Origin: Marsupella aquatica | Taxonomy: Eukaryota; Plantae; Marchantiophyta | Assembly (NCBI GenBank): GCA_973895155.1 | Contig: OZ316895.1 | Coordinates: forward strand, 14,194,225 to 14,258,224 | Direction of reading: 5' to 3' | DNA: 64,000 bases | Part shown: piece after piece, positions 11,077 to 24,943 of the stretch | Layout of the letters: each line of letters begins with the position of its first letter | Position numbering within the stretch: the stretch's first letter is position 1 | Program-made: the position numbers and the translations under genes | Notes under the pieces: generated by a model | Databases searched by the model: none | What the model saw: only the letters and a program-made list of their open reading frames with translations | What the model was told of the DNA's origin: nothing

Positions 11077-14000
11077 CCAAGATTTTTCTCTCAACATAGT
11101 GTTAAATCTAGGTAGTGATGACTGGATACTAGATAGTGCATGTACTTTTCACATTTTCTCTAGGAGAGATTTTTTCAGTTCTTACACGGTTTCCAACGGT
11201 TCAATGTTGATGTGAAATTGAATCTCATCTCAAGTAGTTGGACTTGGATCTGTAAGATTTCAAATGTTTGATGATGTTGTGAGAACGCTGAGGAATGTGA
11301 GACATATTCATAGCATGATGAAAAATCTCATTTCACTTGGAGTTTTAGAAGCAAATGGTCATCGGTGGAATTCTGCTAATGGTGTCCTTCAGGTTTCAAT
11401 TAGTACTAAAGTTGTATTGAAGGGAAAGAGACATAAAAATCTATACGTTTTGGAGGGCAATGTAGTCTGTGATGAAGCCAATGTAACCTTATCTCATGAG
11501 GAGACGGCCCGGCTGTGGCACTTCCGCTTGGGCCACATGAGTGAAAAAGGTTTGGTTGTTCTTAAAAAAAGGATTACTTTCAAATTAGCAATCTTATAAG
11601 TTAGAATTTTGTGAGCATTGTGTGCTTGGGAAGTAGCAGAGGAAACCCTTTGGAGTTGGAACTCACACCAGCAAGGAGGTACTTGAGTATGTACATAGTG
11701 ATGTGTGGGGACCAGCCCCTACTCTCTCACACTCTAGACGGTTATACTATGTCACATTCATAGACGATTACTCAAGGTATGTGTGGATATATTTTCTACA
11801 CAATAAGTCTGATATTTTTGACACTTTTAAGGAGTGGAAAGCCCAAGTTGAAAATCAGACTAGTAATAAGGTGAGATATCTTCGATCGAATAACGACGGT
11901 GAATACAGTTCTGGGGAATTTTGAATGTATTGTAAGGAGTAGGGATTACCCGCCATCTCACAACAAGATATACTCTTCAACAAAATGGTGTTTCCGAGAG
12001 GCTCAACCAAACACTATTGGAACGCTCGAGGAGTATGTTGAGTCAATCATGCTTACCACATGAGTTTTGGGCTGAAGCTGTCAACACTGCAGCTTATTTG
12101 GTAAATTTTCTCCATCTAGTTCTATTGGATTCAAGACGCCATTTAAAATGAGGTACGGGCGTCCAGCAGATTACTCACATCTGAAGATTTTTGGATGTGA
12201 TGCTTATGTACTTACACCTTCCCAGCTTTGATCCAAGCTAGAGTCCAAGTCGAAGAAGTGCATTTTCCTTGGCTATCAGAAAGGTGTGAAGGGTTATAGG
12301 TGATGGGATCCAGTAACCTGTAAGCTAATTGTTAGTAGAGATATGTCATTTAATGAATCTAGATTATCAAAGTAGGGGAGAGTTCTCAGGACTCCCATAC
12401 TGACAAGGGGAAATCTCACATCCGGACCGGGTTGAGGGGGAGATTAGTCATGATGATGTTCATGACAGGAGAGATGGAGAAGCTCTGGGCATGGAGCTGG
12501 TTCCTGTTATGGAACAAGAGGAGCAGATTGTTGTTGGGGTACCTCAAATTCAGCCAGCAGCAGCAGATCAGCCTGAATCATCTACTAGAAGAACTTCCAG
12601 TCGTTCTACTAGAGCTCCTACTAGGTATGGTCAATGGGCAAACTCATCTAAGCTAGATGATATTGACATTGCACCTGATGATGATGATATGGCTTTGATC
12701 TTAGAAGAAGGAGAGCCTTCTCCATACAATGAGGCTTGTGCTTCAGAGCAGAAGCATGAGTGGAATGCAGCAATGCAGAGGGAGTTGCAATCTTGAGTGA
12801 CAAAAAGACATGGGAGCTAGTGGAGCTTCCAAGAGGTCAGCAAGTGGTGGATAGCAAGTGGATTTACAAGATGAAGGACAGTCCTTCAGAGGGTGGAGAT
12901 AAGATCTACAAGGCAAGGCTTTGTTGCCAAGGGATCACATTGAGGAGAAAGGAGTGGATTACAATGAGGTCTTTTCACCGGTGGCCAAGTATCACACAAT
13001 TCGGATCTTGTGTCAGTTTGTTGTGTTTTTTGGTCTGGTGATGGATCAGATGGATGTTGTTACTACTTTTCTCTATGGCAACTTTGAAGAGATTATCTTC
13101 ATGAGAGAGCCACTAGACTTTATGAAGAGGGGCCAAAAGAACTTAGTTTGCAAATTGTTCAAGTCCTTGTATGGATTGAAACAGTCTTCCAGACAGTGGA
13201 ACAAGCGGTTTGATGATTTCATGTTTGCTCAAGGCTTTACAATGATGGTGTATGATCCTTGAATGTGTGTATACAAAATCAATCAAGAATGATGTATGTG
13301 GATGACATGCTGATTGTGGCTAAAGATCAATATGAGGTTGACAAACTCAAGGAAAAATTGAGTTTTGAATTCAGGATGAAGGATCTTGGTAAGGCCAAGA
13401 GGATCTGAGGGATGGAGATTTTTAGAAACTCTGATATTGGACAGTTGTGCTTGAGTCAAGGCCAGTATGCAAGGAAAGTACTTGCACGATTCAACATGCA
13501 AAACTGTAAGCCAGTGAGTATTCCTTTAGCTTCACATTTCAAGTTATCATCGGCTTTCTCTCTTACGAATGCTATGGAGAAAGGTTTGATGGCTAAGATG
13601 TACCTTATGAGAAGGCAGTAGGCAGCCTGATGTATTTGATGACTTGTACTAGGCCTGACTTGGCCCTAGTGATGGGCAAAGTTAGCAGATTCATGTCAAA
13701 TCCAGGGAAGGTACATTGGGAAGCTGTGAAATGGATTCTCAGGTATCTGAAGGGTACACAGGACTATGGATTACTATTTGATGCTAGATCAGATAGAATG
13801 TTAGTTGGCTATGTAGATTCTGAAGGCTGTTTGGATACAAGGAGGTCTACAATTGGGTTTGTATTTACTCTTGGAGGAGGATGTATTAGTTGGAAATCTA
13901 CCTTGCAAAAGTGTATATCTCAGTCCACTACAGAAGCAGAGTATGTTGAGAAGCAGCAAAGGAAGCAATTTTGTTGGACAAGTTGATCATAGAGATGGGT

Positions 14001-14465
14001 TTAGAGCATGGCAAAATGTCGCTAAATTGTGATAGTCAAAGTGCTCTTCACTTGGCTGCTAACCAGGTGATGGATAACAGGGTGAAGCACATTGATATCA
14101 GGTACCATTTTATCAGACATGTGTCTAATAAAACTTTTGAGCTAGTCAAGATTAATGGAAAGCTCAATCCCGCTGTTGCCTTTACCAAAGTGATTCCTTT
14201 GGAAAGTTTCTCAAGACACCGTGCTACTTTGCAGGTTTTGCAGTTGTAGCGCAAGTAGAGTTATTTAGCAATGTGTGACTATTTGTATATGGATTACTCA
14301 TTCCAGTTTGGCTACCGACGGCTTAGTTAGTTCTAGTTAACCCTTAGTTAACCCTTGTGGTTTTTAGGGGGAGACCTGTTTAGGTGATTGTCTAGAACTT
14401 TCCGCTGAGTATTTCATGTGGTTGCAATTAGTCAAGTCCTCAAGACACAATGTCAACAGGGAGTT

Positions 14466-14810
14466 TGTTAGGTATTGCTCTTAGTCTTGTGACTCATGAG
14501 CTAACCACAGTTAGGCTAACTTGGGTTAGGACTTAGCTAATGTTAGCGGTAGTTCTGTTGTGTATATTGCCAGGGATGGTGCCAGCCCCTGGTGGAACTA
14601 AGGCTTATTGTTACGGAACTAGTTGAGAGATAGGGAGAGCTTGTGTTGTGGATGCTTGGTATGGCCGGTTGGCCTAGAGTGCAGTAAAGCTCTTGTGTGT
14701 TCCCATGGACGTAGCCTCATGTGGAGGTGAACCACGTATCTCTCTGTGTCGACTCTTGTGCGTTGGATGGTTCATGTGCTTGCCGTTGCGATAGTTGTCT
14801 ATGCTCAAGA
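14466..14810 (+). repeat. 3' LTR of copia B (345 bp)
   Basis: TGTTAGG...CTCAAGA after PPT; same length as and ~95% identical by eye to reverse complement of 39933-40277; followed by ATAAG. Confidence 0.9.
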
Positions 14811-15001
14811 ATAAGAACCATGTGTATGCCTATGTGTACGGAACCTACATTAGGGGCCTAGTTTGTAGCATCATTTTTGTGGGGGGTCTACTTTGTGACA
14901 AAAGTTTTGTAGGGGCCCATCACGTAAATATGCTTTCGCAAGGGTCCATCAAGCATATACATGGCAGTTTGTGCGGCTACAGTTTTGAAGATCTTGCGAA
15001 C

Positions 15002-15316
15002 CCCAAGGTCCTCACTTCTTTTCTTCCAACCCATCACGCGCGAACAAGAATAATTAGGGTTTTTTTAATTGGGTTTAGTGAAAGAGTTTAAAAGTTTTTT
15101 TTAAAGAACATTAGGGCTGTTTTAATACAGTTTTGAGAAATCAATTATAATAATCATAGGTTTTTTAAAACCAAAATTGGAAATATTCCAAGAATATTCC
15201 ATTGATTTAGTGATAAAAAATTCCTCAAAAAACTTTATTGACTTAAGTTTTAGGGTGTTTATTTTCCTAAAACTTTGCGTGTGATATGAGACACCCCTTG
15301 GATTGATGCCCTTGAG
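15002..15316 (-). mobile_element. MITE (family 2), degenerate
   Basis: Inverted homologue of 50526-50826; degenerate TIRs; flanks ttgcgaac/ttaccaac match 6/8. Confidence 0.6.
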
Positions 15317-15414
15317 TTACCAACGATACGATTTTTCTGGTATTGGAGCTCTTAAGAAGTCTGAAGCAGCTAGAGTATCTATACTCTATAGACATGCAAG
15401 ACAAAGGGGGCTCC

Positions 15415-16025
15415 CTCGGGCCGTTTTACTTTCACAAAAATGGCACATCACATGTGACAAAGGGTAGGGCGGGGGGTAGGGTCATTTCATTGGTTTTAAG
15501 GGAAAACCTAAGAATTTTCTCAGAATAACAATATGATCTTTTAAATCTAATTTTTGAAAAAAGGGAAGGCCTGTGAAACCCCACATAAAGGGAATAGTAA
15601 GTCACAACATTTAAACCCAATACCTCTTGTGGGGGGGTTACTATATGGGCCATAGGGTTTGACCTCCTAACTTATAAGTGAAATTTAATTTTTTTGGGCA
15701 AATCGTTTTTGCCTTAAAAGGTTTCCATTTTTTACTAAAAAACCCCTAAAACTTTTTTAGAAGTATATTTTACAATTAAATAGGCATATATGTTCTTTAC
15801 AGCCGACCAGTCAATAAAACTTTGGAAGTCTTCTGTCACACCCATTGAAATGGGCCTATACTTCGTTGCACGTGACTTATAAGAACATGAGGATCATTCT
15901 AACCAATTGGGAATATTCCAATTTCTAGGGGTTTAAACAAATAATGTTTTCTTACATCTTAGGGGGTCCAAGGCCTAAAAATGTTGTCGATGATGGGGAG
16001 ACCTCCATAGAGTGAGACCCCTGAG
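15415..16025 (-). mobile_element. MITE family 1 copy interrupted by ~300 bp of other sequence
   Basis: Both ends homologous to 10780-11076 in reverse orientation; no TSD found. Confidence 0.55.
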
Positions 16026-16752
16026 CATATATGGGCATCTCATTTATTTTCTTCTAATACATCATGAGCATATAACTCATGATGTTTATAAAATGAGTTT
16101 AGGGTTTTTATTGAGTTTAGTGAAAGACTGAGATAATGTTGTTTACAAATATTATCAAGAATATTATAGGTTTTTAATCTAATTCTCAACTTTATAAGGG
16201 AAAACAGGTGTTTAGATACATATTTTTGGATCATTCCTGGAATGTTTTAAATAGGGGAGACAAACTATAAATTCTTCTTCTTCTTTATGTTTATTATCAA
16301 AAATGTCCATAATGACACTTCTTGAGAGTGAGACCTAGATCTAGAAGAGCTCATATTGATCAGAAATGGGGGATATCAATGAAGATGGGGTGATGGGCTA
16401 ATCTCCAAATATGTTCCAAGCCCCTGTCCAACGGACAAATTACCTTGTTTCTTCTCTTCTATTTAGTACATACATGCACTTGAGCTTAAGGTGCACTCTA
16501 AGTTTCTTTTGTCACTCATTTTTATAAGTGGAAACTGGGGTGGAAACCCGGCTAGAGGTGAGGCTTGGGTGGTCACTCACACAAGAATGTGTGATCCAAA
16601 ATATTTGTATTCATACTAGCCCGATGCCTTGCATTCCACAAAAAATGATGTCAAGGTGAAAATGAATATCGAGGAAATAAAAAGTTGTCAAGGAGAGAAA
16701 AGATACAAGGTGAGAAAAAGATGTGGAAGCCAAAAACAGGGCCAGAAAAATA

Positions 16753-17007
16753 CTCAAGGGTCTCACTATATGGATGCCTCCCCATCCCCTGCGACGTTTT
16801 TAGGCCTCGGACCCCCTAAAATGTAAGAAAAAAATTATTTTTCAACCCCTATAAAGTTGGAATATTCTTGGAATATTCTAAAAATTTGGTTAGAAAGACC
16901 CTTATATTCTTCTGCAAAAATTCTTAAGTCTTCCCTGCAAACCGATAAAATGACCTTATCCTTCGTCGCACCTGATGTGCCATTTTTGTGAAAATGAAAC
17001 CCCCAAG
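16753..17007 (+). mobile_element. MITE (family 1), 255 bp
   Basis: Homologous to 10780-11076; perfect 8-bp TSD GAAAAATA. Confidence 0.88.
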
Positions 17008-17742
17008 GAAAAATAATATGTTTAGGCAAGACAAAGATGTCAAAGTGAGACAAGAAAATATAGACTTTGCAAATTAGTTGTTGCCAAATATGTGTACATA
17101 TGATATTTATATGCAAATTATGATGACATGTTTATACAAATTCATAGCACATTCATGCACTCTTTATTCATGTTCAATAGCTTGATATTTTTGAATGCAT
17201 AGAACATGTATGTCATATAAAAGATGTTTTTGCCAAAAACTTGTTAATGCATAAAGGATTTTATTTTGTATTAGAAGTTAATGTAAAAATTGAGGTGATA
17301 TCATGTCATATACGAAGAACTTTGAGCCCTATGTCCATACATTGCAAACTTATCATTGACAGTGTTGTGCTTGTCCTCACGTTGGCACTGGTGTGCTGTA
17401 CCCATGGTTACAAAAGTCAATTTTGATTCAACTCGGTCATCATTGTGGCCATTGTGCTTGTTACAAAAATGTTGTCATTCCCACCGTGTCATTTGTGTAG
17501 TCATGTTGTGGTTGTGGAAGTGTAAGTTATTTTGGTTGGGTGCGTGGTTATTGGTGTGACAATGCTGTCATTTAGTCTGAAATGCTGTTGTTGTGAATCA
17601 TGTGATGTTGTTTGGGAAGGCAAGGGCACTGGAAATGCAAGGCAAATGGGTGCATGCAAACATGCTGATCGGGATGCGGATGGACTATGGGTCCCCTTTG
17701 TTGTTTTCTTTTTCCCACAATCCTTCTGTCCATTTTGCTGCC

Positions 17743-20700
17743 TGTTGAGCATAGACGACACTCGTAACGGTAAGCACATGACACATCCAACGAGCAAGTA
17801 GTCGACACAAGAGATATGTGGTTCACCTCCTTGAGGCTACGTCCACGGGAACACACAAGAGAGCTTTACTAAACTCTAAGCCCGTCGGCTAAACCAAGTC
17901 TCCATAGTGTAAGCTCTCCTCATCTCTCAAGTGGCTCCATAATGAGCCTAAGTTCCACTTATCCAAGCAAACACCGCTTGGCATATAGTGTGCATCCTAG
18001 TTAAACTAACCACGTCTCCGACTACGGTTAGTCTAACTATGGTTATATGTCGTAACCCTAGACCTTGAGTAAATACCTAGAACAATCTCCCCCTTGACTC
18101 TGGTCTAGGGGAGGGTAATACTGCTAACCTATATGATTTCTCAGCGGGAAGTTCTGGACGAAAACTAGAGTAAACCAGAACTAAGCCGTAGCCTATTACT
18201 AGGAGTGAAGAAGAGCATATATCAATAATTATAGCAAATGTTAAGAAAAACCCTTACTTGTGACGCAATTGCAAAATCTACAGCACGTCACGATGTCTAG
18301 AGAAACTTTCCGAAGGAATCACTTCGGTAAATGCGTCAGTTGGGTTGAGTTTACCGTCTATCTTGACTAGCTCAAACAAATTATCAGACACAGCCTGCCT
18401 GATAAAATGGTACCTGACGTCTATGTGCTTCACTCTACTGTCTATCACCTGGTTCATAGCAAGGTGGAGCGCACTTTGACTATCACAATGGAGCTTCATA
18501 TTCCCCTGTGGCAATCCCATTTCAGTGATAAGTCTATCCAACCAAATTGCTTCTTTCGTTGCTTCTGCTGTTGCAACATACTTCGCTTCTGTAGTAGACT
18601 GAGCAATACACTTTTGCAAAGTAGACCTCCAACTTATGCATCCACCGCCAAGTGTGAATACGTACCCTGTTGTTGATCTCCTTCGGTCCAGATCTTGTTC
18701 ATAGTCAGAATCTACATAGCCAATCAATGATCTCGCATTCTTTGCATTTGCATCAAATAAAAGACCATGATCCACGGTACCCTTCAAGTACCTGATAATC
18801 CACTTCACTGCTTCTCAGTGTACCTTCCCTGGATTTGACATGTACCTGCTCACCTTGCCCATAGTCATGGCAAGATCAGGTCTAGTGCAAGTCATCAAAT
18901 ACATGAGACTTCCCATTGCCTTATCATAAGGAACCTTTGACATCAGCCCGTTCTCTATCGCATCTGTGGGATAAAAAGCTAATGACAATTTGAAGTGTGC
19001 AGCCAAAGGGGTACTTACCTGGCTTACTATCCCCCATGTTGAACCTAGCAATTATCTTCCTTGCATAACTGCTCTATGTCAACCATAGCTTACCAGCCTC
19101 CAAGTCCCTAGTGATCTCCATACCCAAAATTCTCTTAACTGGCCCTAGATCCTTCATCTTAAACTTTGCACTGAGCAGTGCCTTAAGTTTAACAATCTCA
19201 GACCTATTCTTGGCCGCAATAAGTATGTCATCCACATAAAGTACTAAAACAATGAAACCAAAGACAACATTCTTCACCGGTTTCAAATATACACAAGGGT
19301 CAAACACACTCCTGTGAAAACCTTGTGACCGAATCCAATCGTCAAACCGCTTGTTCCATTGTCTTGGTGATTGCTTCAACCCATACAAGGATTTCAGCAA
19401 TCTGCAAACCAGGTCCTCCTGTCCTCTCTTCACAAAACCTAGCGGCTGTCTCATGAAGATCACCTCTTCCAAGGTGCCATAGAGGAAAGCTGTGACAACA
19501 TCCATCTGATCTAGCAACAGACCAAACATTACAACTAGCACACACAATAGCCGTATTGTTGAGTACTTAGCGACTGGTGAGAAGACCTCATTGTAATCCA
19601 CACCTTTTTCCTGTGTGAATCCCTTGGCTACCAACCTAGCCTTGTAGACCTTTGATCCATCTCCCGTAGACTGATCCTTCAGCTTGTATATCCACTTACT
19701 GTCCACCACTTGCTGACCCTTAGGCAACTTCACAAGCTCCCAAGTTTTGTTGTCCTTCAGTGACTGCATCTCCGTTTGCATTGCTGCAGTCCACTCTTGC
19801 TTCTTCTTTGAAGCACTTGCCTCAGGAAATGAAGAAGGTTCCCCTTCTTCCAAAACCAACGCATCACCCTCATCATCAGTTGCAAAATCATCCTCTTGCA
19901 ATTTAGATGAATCAACCCACTGTCCATACCTAGGAGGAGCGCGTACAGTATGACCAGATGTTCTTCTAGTCGATGACTCCAGTTGAATTGCGTCTACTGG
20001 TACAATTTGAAGCTCAGCAGCATCCACTTGCTGCTCACCAGCATCAACAAACTCCTCTTGTTCCTTTGGCACAGGAACCAGCTCCATGCTTGGAGCACCT
20101 CCTTCTCTTCGATCATGCACCTCATGATCAATCTCCCCCTCAACAAGATCCGGGATAGGAGATTTTCCTTTGTCAGTATGGGAAACCTGAGTATTCTCCC
20201 CCTCCTTCAATAATCTGGATTTATTGAAGGAAATATCCCTACTGACAACAAGCTTACAAGCAATAGGATCCCATAGCCTGTAGGCCTTCACACCACTCTG
20301 ATACCCAAGAAAAATATATTTCTTAGACGTAAGATCCAACGTGGTCCTATTCTGCTTTGGTGTGAGAGCATATGCATCACTTCCAAAAACTACCAAGCCA
20401 TGATAGTCTACTTGCCGCTTATAACGCATTTTAAAACGTCGTTTTGAAATTGATTGCACTAGAAGGAGAAAAATTTACCAAATAAGCTGTAGTATTGACA
20501 GCTTCTGCCCAAAATTCCTGTGGTAAACCTGATTGGCTCGGCATACTCCGTGACCGCTCCAATAGTGTTCGATTGAGCCTCTCAACGACAGCACTCTGCT
20601 GCGGAGTATAAACTGTGGTGAGATGACAAGTTATCCCCTATTTTGCACAGTACTCTTCAAATTCTATTGAAGTGTACTCCCCTCCGTTGTCTGACCTTAG

Positions 20701-23700
20701 ACTCTTCACCCTAGTATCCAAACACTTAATCGTGTTTCTTGTCTGATTCTCCACTTGGGCGTTTCACTTTGTAAAAATGGACAAGACATCAGACTTATGC
20801 GTCATGAAATAAATCCATACAAATCTCGAGTAATCGTCAATGAAGGATAGATAGTACAATTTTCCAGAATGTGAGGGAGTCAGGGATGGTCCCCACACGT
20901 CACTATGTATGTACTCGAGAACCGCTTTGGAACGATGAGTTCCAACACCGAAAGCACGACGATGTTGCTTTCAAAAAATGCAATGCTCACATAAATCCAA
21001 TTTACAAGATTGCAAATCATAAATGAGCCCATTATTCCGCAAGATAGCCAAACCCTTCTCACTCATGTGGCCTAACCGTGAATGCCATAGTTGAGTCATT
21101 TCCTTGTGAGACTTGGTTACATTGGCCTCTCCACATATTGTATTGCCCTGTAGCACATACAAATTCTTCTGTCTGCTCCCCTTCAAAATCATTGTCTCTC
21201 CCGAAATGACTTGAAGTTCACTATCAATTACTCGCCATTGATGACCATTTGTATCCAACACACCGAGTGAAATCAAATTCTTACGCATGCCAGGTACAAA
21301 CCTGACTCCGGACATTGTGCGCACAATGTCATCAAACATTTGAATCTTTATAGACCCAATACCCTCAACTCGAAAGGAGTGATCATTTCTCATCAAAACT
21401 GAACCGTTTGACACAGAATAAGAATTGAAATACTCGCGAATGTAACAAATGTGAAAGGAGCAAGCACAATCAAGAATCCACACATTGTTTGCTCTCCTAG
21501 ATGATGTGCACAGGGCATACTCCTGGTTTCATAAAACATACTCATCATTGAGTAAATAAACTTCTCCATCAGCACTAGTCACATTGGCTGATGAAGATTC
21601 AGTTGCCTTACCCTTACAATCCCTCTTAACGTGACCAACCTTGTGACACTTCCAGCAGACTACTGGCTTTCTCTCCTAGGACTTCCCCCTGGAAGCAAAT
21701 CTTGTCCTAGATTTACTTCGTCCCTTGCCATTCATGCGCTGCTCGGGATGCCGCTGTGACCTCCCACGATTCACATTCAAGGCAGCACCAGATGATGATG
21801 CTGTCTGGGCTTGACCCAACTTCTTTTGTGCATCATCTGACAGCAAAGAGCTTACCACCTCATCGTATGAAATAGACTTCAGGTCTCTATACAAGAGAAC
21901 CTGCTTCAAACCCTGATAAGATGGGGGTAAGGAGCTGAGAAGAAGCAAGGCCTTGTCCTCTTCTTCAACGCCCTTACCAAGATTAGACAAATCAACAGCT
22001 AGGCTATCAAATTCATCCAAGTGATCCTAGAGCTTGTTCCCTTCTTTGAGCCTATGGCTCATCAAGAGAAACTTCTTGTACAATCGATCGGATGCATCCT
22101 CCCGATACTACTTCTCCCTTAGGGCTTTGAACAGAGATGCACAATCCGCATAGTCATCCAACTTCTTGATGATATGCGGCTTCAGATAAAGCATCACCGC
22201 ATTCACTGCAATTACTTGTTCCTGCCTCCACCTCTTTAGTGGAATCTCCTCCTCGTCATCGTACATCTCTCGTGTAGAGAGAAGATGATCTAGGTCCATA
22301 GCGCGAAGAACTCCTTTTACTTGCTTCTCCTAGAGCAAGTAGTCCGTCCGTCCATCATACTTTTCCACCTCAAACTTGACACCTCCGAACCTGGATGCCA
22401 TCTCTATTTTCTTCACAGCCCCCTCTACTCGCTGCATCGGTGATCGTACCAGTGTCACATTTGCTTCCTCCTGCTCCTCTCTCTCCACCTCAAATCGTCG
22501 TGGGTGATCCTTGTATTTCAAGCTCCACGTCTTCAAAAATCTCCTCCGAATCACTCATGTGAGAATGCAAGAAAAAATGATGTTTTTCTCAACTTCTCCA
22601 AAAAACTCAAAACTTATCACCGCCATGTAGCCCATAAGCCTAGCTTTCCAATGCTGAAAACCAAAATCAAAACTGAACTCCGACGTAAAAGTTATTCACT
22701 TTTTGGTCGGGGTGGGTAAAACTTGGAATTCTCCCCCGTGTTGACCACCTTGGGGAATAACCAAAATGTGAACTAGTACCCGGCGTCGGAAATGCAATTC
22801 AATTTGTGCACTGCGTTGCCAACTCCGATGGCTAGCAACTTGCCGAAGATGAACGAAAAAAGTTACCGTTTGGCGGACGAAATCTTTGACGGACGGCCAA
22901 AAACATGCTCTTTGTTTTTTGGGAATATTCCCGCATAGAGCAGCAGGTCCCACAGGGGGCCATTCCCCCTGTCCAAGCGGTTAAAGTGGAGGGCAGCAGG
23001 TCCCGAGATGCAGAAGCCAATGGGGAGGAAGGAAAATAAATAAAAATTAAGGCCTAAAGGGGGTTTAAAGCCCCTTTACAAAAAACAGGTGTATAGCCGG
23101 GGTGTATGGCGGGGCCAGGCACAAGATACGCGCACGGAGGGCGTATGGGGCGGTAGCAGCCGCGAAGTTGCAAGGCCGGGCCGCGAGCCGGGAAGGGGGA
23201 CCAGCCGGAAGCCAAGTCCGGAAGGGGGGTGCGAGGGTGTAGCGCGGGGGCAGCCTGCGGGCTGCAAGAGGCAGCCGGAGGTCACGGCCGGTCGGCGCGG
23301 GGGGGTTGAGGTGCCCGTGGGAGGCCGTTGTGTGGCCAAGCAGGCTGCCGGGTCGCGACGGGGAGGGGAGGGGGACGACGTACGTAGGGAGGGTGGGGGT
23401 GAAACGTGTGTATACACATGCGTTTGTGTGTGCACACACCCAAATGTGTGTGTATACACAAAAGTGTGTGGACCCCTCCAAAAAACACAAAGGAAATGGC
23501 CACCAATGTTCCCAAATTCACCTCATCACCGGCAAGGGCCCTAAAGAAAAATTTCCCTCCAATGTGCAATGGAGGTCGAGAGAGAGAGAGCCGTAAATGG
23601 AGTACTTTTCAAACAAAAAATTTGCTCGTAAGAAATCCAAAAATGCTTGTGGACATCAAACGAAAAGAGCTTGCACTTTGTAACGTTCGGATTATGGTGA

Positions 23701-24589
23701 GGAATCAAAAACCGATGTCGGTGAGTTGAAAAGATTTGCGCACCCGCACCGTTTTCTGGTCAATCAGTGGCAAAAACTCAGAACTCCTTCCTCCCGTGGG
23801 CAAAACCGTCAATCTTGGACTCAAAACGATCACCTCTTCGTGATCTCTCCGTTCAGCCCAAGTACTTCACGTCTCTCCCTCCGAGTCGAGTGCAACGACA
23901 AGAAATCCCGCTCAGGCAAAAGAAGACTCCATAGCCGGTCAGAAAATCAGAACGCTTCTTTTTCTCGTCTCGTCGCACACGGTACTCACTTGGTAACAAA
24001 TTAGCTACCAAAATGACCAGCTTGTCCCGATCTACAAGCGGAGCTATAGTATGTGACGTCTCCTTCACCGTAGAGCTCACACCATTGAGTAAACAAACTC
24101 TGGTCCCTCCTCCGAAAAACCGTCGAACACGAATGTTGTCAACTTTCTTCACAAAATACAGAACGACAAAAACTTAGATCTCTCCGCACCACGAGCTCCG
24201 TTCAGCGATTTCTTCACACCGTTAGAAAGCCCTCGCCCCAATCTATCCGTTGAGCCCATAAACTCCAAGTTCCACGCGACGAAACTCCAAGAAATCCACC
24301 GACACTCAATGCTAGAAAAAACCGTCACGAACAATGTCACCTCCCAGGCATGCTCTAATACCAATTGTTGAGCATAGACGACACTCATAACGGTAAGCAC
24401 ATGACACATCCAACGAGCAAGTAGTCGACACAAGAGATACGTGGTTCACCTCCTCGAGGCTACATCCACGGGAACACACAAGAGAGCTTTACTGAACTCT
24501 AAGCCCGTCGGCTAAACCAAGTCTCCGACTATGGTTAGTCTAACTACGGTTATATGTCATAACCCTAGACCTTGAGTAAATATCTAACA
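17743..24589 (-). mobile_element. Full-length degenerate Ty1/copia element C
   Basis: 3' LTR 17743-18084, 5' LTR 24366-24589, 5-bp TSD CTGCC, PBS TGGTATTAGAGC (24352-24363), PPT AAGGGGGAGAT, gag-PR-INT-RT-RH order. Confidence 0.95.
18278..22401 (-). pseudogene. gag-pol: gag-pol of copia C with stops and frameshifts
   Basis: MASRFGGVKFEVEKY start, CWKCHKVGHVKRDC, WILDCAC, KARLVAKGFTQ, LYGLKQSP, LYVDD, CDSQSA. Confidence 0.92.
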
Positions 24590-24931
24590 CTGCCACCTGT
24601 TAAGGATTGTTCTTAGTCTTGTGACTCATAGATTACGGTACTTAGGCTAACCACAGTTAGGATCTTAGCTGAGGTTAGGTTAGTCATGTGTGACCTTATA
24701 TATACCAGGGCTAGTGTAAGCCGCTGACGGGTGGTGCTTACTCATTGTAACGGAGCAACTTGAGAAAGAGGGAGAGCATGTGTGTTCGTCTACTCTTGAA
24801 GTAAAGCTTGAGTGTTCGTGTGGATGTAGCCAGGGAGAAGAGGTGAACCACGTAGAGATTGTGTCGACTACGTGTGCATGGAATGAGTCATGGTTGTATG
24901 GTCGTTGCGAATGACGTCTTAGTTCAACAAT

Positions 24932-24943
24932 TGGTATCAGAGC
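24932..24943 (+). promoter_or_regulatory. Primer binding site (tRNA-iMet) of copia D
   Basis: TGGTATCAGAGC two bases after the LTR end. Confidence 0.92.

Larger units (their letters stand above)
10360..14810 (+). mobile_element. Degenerate Ty1/copia element B, 3' part (mid-gag to 3' LTR)
   Basis: gag LLLLSSLPSSYQGLKQ, protease WILDSAC, integrase DVWGP/TFIDDYSR, RT LYGLKQ/YVDD, RNase H CDSQSA; many stops and frameshifts; PPT then LTR. Confidence 0.92.
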
